A DNA stretch of 32,000 bases from NCBI RefSeq assembly GCF_000014785.1, contig NC_008340.1:3180001-3212000 (forward strand), in the 5' to 3' direction. The translations under genes were made by a program, and so were the position numbers. Source of the stretch: Alkalilimnicola ehrlichii MLHE-1. Its GTDB lineage: Bacteria; Pseudomonadota; Gammaproteobacteria; Nitrococcales; Halorhodospiraceae. Below the pieces are notes generated by a model. It did no database searches, was not told the origin of the DNA, and saw only the letters and a program-made list of their open reading frames with translations. This document shows, piece after piece, positions 27,286-32,000 of the stretch; within the stretch, counting starts at the first letter, position 1; the number at the start of each line of letters is the position of its first letter.

Positions 27286-28056
27286 ATGGCCACGCCGCTG
27301 CTGAGCCTGCACGATCTGGTCATCCACATCCCCGAGCGCGAGTCGGGCGAACCGCTGGACCTGGCCGTGCACCCCGGTCAGTGCTGGGGGATCCTCGGCC
27401 CCAACGGGGTCGGCAAGACCACACTGCTGCACACCCTGGCCGGGCTGCGCGCGCCGCGCCGGGGCAGCGTACGCCTGGCGGGCACCCGGCTGGCCGAGCT
27501 GGGCCGTCAGGCCGTGGCCCGGCGGATGGCCCTGGTCTTCCAGGACCACCACGACGGCTTTCCCGCCACGGTGCTGGAGACGGCGCTGATCGGCCGTCAT
27601 CCCTACCTGCGTGCCTGGGATGTGGAATCCCCCGAGGACCTGGCCATCGCCCGCGGGGCGCTGGCGCGGGTGGACCTGGCGCACCTGGAGCACCGGCTGA
27701 TCGCCACCCTCTCCGGCGGTGAACGCCAGCGCCTGGCCATCGCCACCGCCCTCACCCAGACCCCGGAGCTCTACCTGCTGGACGAACCCACCAACCACCT
27801 GGATCTGCACCACCAGTCCCGGGTGCTGGCCCTGATCCACGAGGAAGTGGCCCGGGACGGCGCCGCCGTGCTCTCCCTGCACGACGTCAACCTGGCCGCC
27901 CGCCACTGCGACCACCTGCTGCTCCTCTACCCCGATGGCCAGGCCTGCTGGGGCGCCACCGACCGTATGCTGGTCCCGGAGGCGCTGGAACGGCTTTACG
28001 GCCAGCGCCTGGCCCGCGGCCAGGTGGGCGGTGTGCCCATCTTCATACCCCACTGA
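27286..28056 (+). CDS. btuD: Cobalamin ABC transporter ATP-binding protein BtuD
   Basis: Walker A GPNGVGKTTLLHTLAG, signature LSGGERQRLAIATAL, Walker B LYLLDEPTNHLDLHHQ. Start 2 nt after the btuC stop. Confidence 0.94.
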   Translation: MATPLLSLHDLVIHIPERESGEPLDLAVHPGQCWGILGPNGVGKTTLLHTLAGLRAPRRGSVRLAGTRLAELGRQAVARRMALVFQDHHDGFPATVLETALIGRHPYLRAWDVESPEDLAIARGALARVDLAHLEHRLIATLSGGERQRLAIATALTQTPELYLLDEPTNHLDLHHQSRVLALIHEEVARDGAAVLSLHDVNLAARHCDHLLLLYPDGQACWGATDRMLVPEALERLYGQRLARGQVGGVPIFIPH

Positions 28057-28072
28057 AGGAGTCCACAGCGCA

Positions 28073-29110
28073 ATGAGCGACACGCCCTGGTGGCACACCC
28101 CACCGCCACGACCCGACACCGCCCTGGCGGCGCGCGCCCGGCGCCGGCTGGACACCCTGATCAAGCCGCCCGGCTCGCTGGGCCGGCTGGAGGCGCTAGC
28201 CGCAACGCTGGCTGCCCAGCAGGGCCGGCCCGAACCCCAGGTGGAGCGGGTCCATATCAGCGTCTTCGCCGCCGACCACGGCGTCTGCGCCGAGGCAATC
28301 TCCAGCGTCCCGCAGGCCGTGACCGCGGGTATGGTACGGCGCTTCTCCGCCGGCGATGCGGCCATCGCCGTGCTGGCGCGCCAACTGGGGGCGGGGCTGG
28401 AGGTCATCAACCTCGGCACCCTCGAACCCCTGCCCGCCCTGCCGGCCGTGGTGGACGCCCGACTGGCGCGCGGCACGGCGAACATGCGAACCGGGCCGGC
28501 GATGGACCGGGAGACCGTCGCCGCGGCTCTGGAGGAGGGGCGGCGGGCCTTCCGGCGGGCCGGCGACTGCGACCTGTTCATTGGCGGCGAGATGGGAATC
28601 GGCAACACCACGGCGGCCGCCGCGCTGGGCGGGGCCCTGCTGGGGCTGGGCAGCGAGCTGGCCGGCCCGGGCACCGGGCTGGACGCGGCGGGGGTGGAGC
28701 GGAAGCGGGCGGTCATCGATCAGGCCCTGCACCGGCATGGGCCCCACCTGGCGTCGCCGCTGGAGGCCCTGCGCCGGGTGGGCGGGCTGGAGATCGCCGG
28801 CCTCACCGGTGCCTTCATCGCCGCGGCCCAGGCCCGCAGCCCCGTGCTGGTGGACGGGTTTATCGCCACGGTGGCGGCGCTGACGGCGGTGCGGCTGAAC
28901 CCGGGCGTGCGGGACTGGCTGCATTTTGGCCACCACTCCGCCGAACCCGGCCACACCCGCCTGCTCCAGACGCTGGCGGCCGAGGGGCTGCTCGACCTGG
29001 GGATGCGCCTGGGCGAGGGCACCGGGGCTGCGGCCGCCGTCCCGCTGCTGCGCATGGCCTGCGCGCTCTACCGGGAGATGGCCACCTTCCAGGAGGCCGG
29101 GTTTACTTAA
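28073..29110 (+). CDS. cobT: Nicotinate-nucleotide--dimethylbenzimidazole phosphoribosyltransferase
   Basis: KPPGSLGRLEALAATLAAQQG; VFAADHGVCAEAISSVPQAVTAGMVRRFSAGDAAIAVLARQLGAGLEVINLG; GEMGIGNTTAAAAL; FGHHSAEPGH. Confidence 0.96.
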   Translation: MSDTPWWHTPPPRPDTALAARARRRLDTLIKPPGSLGRLEALAATLAAQQGRPEPQVERVHISVFAADHGVCAEAISSVPQAVTAGMVRRFSAGDAAIAVLARQLGAGLEVINLGTLEPLPALPAVVDARLARGTANMRTGPAMDRETVAAALEEGRRAFRRAGDCDLFIGGEMGIGNTTAAAALGGALLGLGSELAGPGTGLDAAGVERKRAVIDQALHRHGPHLASPLEALRRVGGLEIAGLTGAFIAAAQARSPVLVDGFIATVAALTAVRLNPGVRDWLHFGHHSAEPGHTRLLQTLAAEGLLDLGMRLGEGTGAAAAVPLLRMACALYREMATFQEAGFT

Positions 29111-29612
29111 TGGTCAGGGGCTGGCCCGCCACCGTGAACACCACCTGTTCGCAGCGGGCCGCAACCGCCTGATTGAGCTCCCCCAGGGCATCACAGAAGC
29201 GCCGGCCCAGGGGGTTGGGGGGGACCAGGCCCATGCCCACCTCGTTGCTGACCAGGATGATCCGGCCCGGCAGCGTGGGCAGCACCTCCAGCAGCCGCGC
29301 CTGCTCGGTGGCCAAGCGCGCCTCGCCGGCCAGCAGCAGGTTGGAGACCCACAGGTTCAGGCAGTCCACCAGCAGGCAACGCCCTTCGCCGGCGGCCTGG
29401 CCAAGGCCCTCGGCCAGCGCCTCCGGCACTTCCAGGGAGCGCCACTCGGGGGGGCGGCGCTCCCGGTGGCGGCGGATCCGCTCGGCCATCTCGGTATCAT
29501 CGCTCTGGCGGGCGGTGGCCAGGTAGGTCACCGGCCACCCGCAGCCCCGGGCCAGCTGCTCGGCGTAGCGGCTCTTTCCCGAGCGGATGCCGCCGGTGAT
29601 CAGGGTGCGCAT
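29103..29612 (-). CDS. cobU: Adenosylcobinamide kinase / adenosylcobinamide-phosphate guanylyltransferase
   Basis: [21 protein letters not shown] (P-loop); TYLATARQSDDTEMAERIRRHRERRPPEWRSLEVP; VDCLNLWVSNLLL; VSNEVGMGLVPPNPLGRRFCDALG. Confidence 0.95.
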   Translation of the reverse strand: MRTLITGGIRSGKSRYAEQLARGCGWPVTYLATARQSDDTEMAERIRRHRERRPPEWRSLEVPEALAEGLGQAAGEGRCLLVDCLNLWVSNLLLAGEARLATEQARLLEVLPTLPGRIILVSNEVGMGLVPPNPLGRRFCDALGELNQAVAARCEQVVFTVAGQPLTIK

Positions 29613-30424
29613 CACTCGGGCCGCAACGCCGCAATCACCGGTGCGCTCTCCGGACGCACCCCGCGCCAGATCAGAAAGGACTCCGCAGCCTGCTCGACCA
29701 GCATGCCCAGGCCATCCACCGCCATTGCGGCGCCGTGCGCCCGGGCCCAGCGCACGAAGGGGGTGGGCTGATCCCCGTAGACCATGTCGTAGCAGGTGGC
29801 GCCCGGCGCCAGCAGATCGTCGGGCAGCGGCGGCAGCTCACCGGCCAGCCCGGCGGAGGTGCCGTTGATCACCACGTCGAAAGGCCCTTGCAGGCGGTCG
29901 AACCCCACCGCGGACAACCGGCCCTGGTCGGCGAAGAGCTCCACCAGGGCCTCCGCCCGCGCCACCGTGCGGTTGGCGATCACCACCTCACCGGGCGCCT
30001 CGGGCAGCAGGGCCGGCAGCACCCCGCGCACCGCACCGCCCGCGCCAATGACCAGCACCCGCCGTCCCTGCAGCGCGGCACCGTGGTTCACGGTCAGATC
30101 CCGCACCAGACCGGTGCCGTCGGTGTTGTCCCCCACCAGCCGGCCGGCCTCCGCCAGCAGGGTGTTCACTGCCCCGGCCCGCTCGGCACGGGGCGCGCGC
30201 CGGTCGACCAGGACCCAAGCCTGCTCCTTGAAGGGGACGGTGATGTTCAGCCCCTTCCCGCCGCTGGCGAAGAAGGCGCGCACCGCCGGCTCGAAGCCCT
30301 CCAGCGGCACCCGCATCCGCTCGTAGGCGATGGCCTGGCCGGTCTGCTCGGCGAACATCCGGTGGATCTCGGGCGACTTGCTGTGCTCGATGGGGTTGCC
30401 CATCACGGCATAACGGTCCGTCAT
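29612..30424 (-). CDS. aroE: Shikimate dehydrogenase (NADP+)
   Basis: [29 protein letters not shown]; [12 protein letters not shown]; GAVNTL; [14 protein letters not shown]; [17 protein letters not shown]. Confidence 0.95.
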   Translation of the reverse strand: MTDRYAVMGNPIEHSKSPEIHRMFAEQTGQAIAYERMRVPLEGFEPAVRAFFASGGKGLNITVPFKEQAWVLVDRRAPRAERAGAVNTLLAEAGRLVGDNTDGTGLVRDLTVNHGAALQGRRVLVIGAGGAVRGVLPALLPEAPGEVVIANRTVARAEALVELFADQGRLSAVGFDRLQGPFDVVINGTSAGLAGELPPLPDDLLAPGATCYDMVYGDQPTPFVRWARAHGAAMAVDGLGMLVEQAAESFLIWRGVRPESAPVIAALRPE

Positions 30425-30457
30425 AACCACTCCCGGGCTGGCATAGTTGCGCCAGGG

Positions 30458-30463
30458 ATTGTA
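30458..30463 (-). promoter_or_regulatory. Candidate -10 element for aroE-cobU
   Basis: The - strand reads TACAAT, 33 nt upstream of the aroE ATG; the -35 is weak. Confidence 0.3.
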
Positions 30464-30509
30464 ACCGGACCGCGGCCGCGATGCGCCAGTGGCCAGGACA
30501 GGCCCCGGG

Positions 30510-31766
30510 TCAGCCGCCAAAGGCCAGCATCAGCAGATAGAAGAAGAAGACCGCCAGGATGCCGCCCGCCGGCAGGGTCACCAGCCAGGACATGAACACA
30601 CCACCCACCACGCGCAGGTTCAGCGCCGCAATACCGCGGGCGAGGCCGATACCGAGCACCGCGCCCACCAGGGTCTGGGTGGTGGAGATGGGCAGGCCGA
30701 AACCGGAGGCGAAGACCACCGTGCCGGCGGTGGCCAGACCGCAGGCGAAGCCCCGGCTGGGGGTGAGCTGGGTGATATTGCTGCCCACCGTGGCGATCAC
30801 GTGGTGGCCCAGCATAAACAGGCCGGCGACGATGCCACCACCGCCCAGCAGCAGGATCCACAGGGGCAGCTCGGCCTGGGCCGTTACGTCGCCATCACTG
30901 GTCACCACACTGACCACCGCCGCCACCGGCCCGATGGCGTTGGCGACATCGTTGGAGCCGTGGGCGAAGGCCATGGCACAGGCCACCACCACCATCAGCA
31001 CACCGAAGACCCGCTCCACCGAGGCGAAGTGGAAATCCCGATCGGCGCTGGGGTCGACCCCGATGCGCGCCACCAAGCCCTTGCCCACCAGCCACAGTGC
31101 CACGGCGAAGAACAGTGAGTAGCCATAGCTCTGCGCCTCGCTGATCTCCAGCCCCAGATGACCCAGGCCCTTGAGCAGGGTGACCGAGGCGATGACAAAG
31201 CCCGTCAGGCCGATGTAGACCGGCACCCAGACGCGGGCCGCGCGGAGCGGATCGGGGGTGTCAAAGACCAGGTACTGGACACTGCGGAAGAGCAGGAAAC
31301 TGGCGATACCCGCCAGCACCGGCGACACCACCCAACTCGCCACCACGGTGCCCACCACCCCCCACTGCACGGCGCTCCAGCCGACAGCGGCGATGGCGAA
31401 ACCGACCAGCGCGCCGATGATCGAGTGGGTGGTGGAGACCGGCCAGCCCTTCTTCGAGGCCACCAGCAGCCAGGTACCGGCGGCCGCCAGGGCCGCCAGC
31501 ATGCCGAAGACCAGCACCTCCGGCGAGTCCTCCATCAGGCCGGCGTCGACAATGCCGCTGCGCACCGTGGCGGTGACTTCACCCCCGGCCAGGACGGCCC
31601 CCGCGAACTCGAAGATCGCCGCCACCACCACCGCCTGGCGGATAGTGAGCACCTTCGAGCCCACGGAGGGCGCCATGGCGTTGGCCACATCGTTCGCCCC
31701 GATGCCCCAGGCCATGAACAGCCCGAAGGCGGCGGCCAACACCAGGTATACGACACCGTATTCCAT
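30510..31766 (-). CDS. Inorganic phosphate transporter, Pit family
   Basis: [52 protein letters not shown]; [15 protein letters not shown]; [23 protein letters not shown]; [24 protein letters not shown]. Confidence 0.95.
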   Translation of the reverse strand: MEYGVVYLVLAAAFGLFMAWGIGANDVANAMAPSVGSKVLTIRQAVVVAAIFEFAGAVLAGGEVTATVRSGIVDAGLMEDSPEVLVFGMLAALAAAGTWLLVASKKGWPVSTTHSIIGALVGFAIAAVGWSAVQWGVVGTVVASWVVSPVLAGIASFLLFRSVQYLVFDTPDPLRAARVWVPVYIGLTGFVIASVTLLKGLGHLGLEISEAQSYGYSLFFAVALWLVGKGLVARIGVDPSADRDFHFASVERVFGVLMVVVACAMAFAHGSNDVANAIGPVAAVVSVVTSDGDVTAQAELPLWILLLGGGGIVAGLFMLGHHVIATVGSNITQLTPSRGFACGLATAGTVVFASGFGLPISTTQTLVGAVLGIGLARGIAALNLRVVGGVFMSWLVTLPAGGILAVFFFYLLMLAFGG

Positions 31767-31783
31767 GCGTGGCTGGCGCTCCC

Positions 31784-31999
31784 TCAGCGGGCCATCAGGA
31801 TTTGCAGTCGGCTTCCGGTCTGCTGGGCCCGGTCCGCCAGGGTCCCCACCCGTTCGATCAGTTGGTAGAGGAACATGACATCGACGGGGGGGATGCGTGG
31901 CTCCAGCTTCTGCAGCAGGCTGCGCAGCTGGACCTGCATACGGTCGGTGTCATGCTCGATGGCGTCCAGCTTGTCGAGCATTTCCTGCACCACCTCCAC
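31784..31999 (-). CDS. DUF47/PhoU-like phosphate transport regulator, C-terminal fragment; the gene continues past the window edge
   Basis: MLDKLDAIEHDTDRMQVQLRSLLQKLEPRIPPVDVMFLYQLIERVGTLADRAQQTGSRLQILMAR, directly upstream of the Pit transporter in the same orientation. Confidence 0.8.
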   Translation of the reverse strand: MEVVQEMLDKLDAIEHDTDRMQVQLRSLLQKLEPRIPPVDVMFLYQLIERVGTLADRAQQTGSRLQILMAR

Positions 32000-32000
32000 C

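Noticed and set aside
25443-28716. Long - strand ORFs (628 and 495 aa) antisense to btuF, btuC, btuD and cobT
   Set aside because: They mirror the sense coding frames and carry no motifs; the repetitive G/Q/A composition is explained by GC codon bias.
30471-30480. CGCGGCCGCG palindrome upstream of aroE
   Set aside because: Short palindromes of this kind are expected by chance in GC-rich DNA and there is no T-run to make it a terminator.
1-32000. CRISPR arrays, tRNA/rRNA genes, transposases, prophage or defence-island genes
   Set aside because: No regularly spaced repeats, structural RNA genes, transposase motifs or defence-type domains were seen; the window reads as core metabolic and envelope genes.

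Overview
This is a high-GC gammaproteobacterial-type chromosomal window with two main gene blocks. (1) About 1-15.3 kb is a lipopolysaccharide core / surface-glycan block: GT9 and GT4 glycosyltransferases, a MurG/GT28-like transferase, an O-antigen-ligase-like membrane protein, a GT2 transferase, a UDP-glucuronate-decarboxylase-like epimerase, MsbA, an InaA/WaaP-like kinase, an LpxL-type acyltransferase, a heptosyltransferase, Kdo kinase, Kdo hydroxylase, HldD and HldE. (2) About 15.4-29.6 kb is a cobalamin uptake and late-biosynthesis block: MaoC-like protein, CobQ, CobB, CobO, BtuB, CobS, CobC, CbiB, CobD, BtuF, BtuC, BtuD, CobT and CobU. It is followed by aroE, a Pit-type phosphate transporter and the C-terminus of a DUF47/PhoU-like protein. 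Two adenosylcobalamin riboswitches are visible directly in the sequence, one upstream of btuB (- strand) and one upstream of btuF (+ strand). Both share a parallel layout: TTGAC[T/G]-N17-TAG.. promoter-like elements, then the aptamer, then a short GTCGC/GCGAC hairpin about 14-15 nt past the aptamer. I found no CRISPR array, tRNA, rRNA, transposase or clear novel defence-type system. The points most worth following up are regulatory: the paired riboswitch cassettes placed inside two divergent cob gene runs, and an 11-bp inverted repeat near the lpxL-like gene promoter. All calls were made by reading motifs and architecture; no database search was run.
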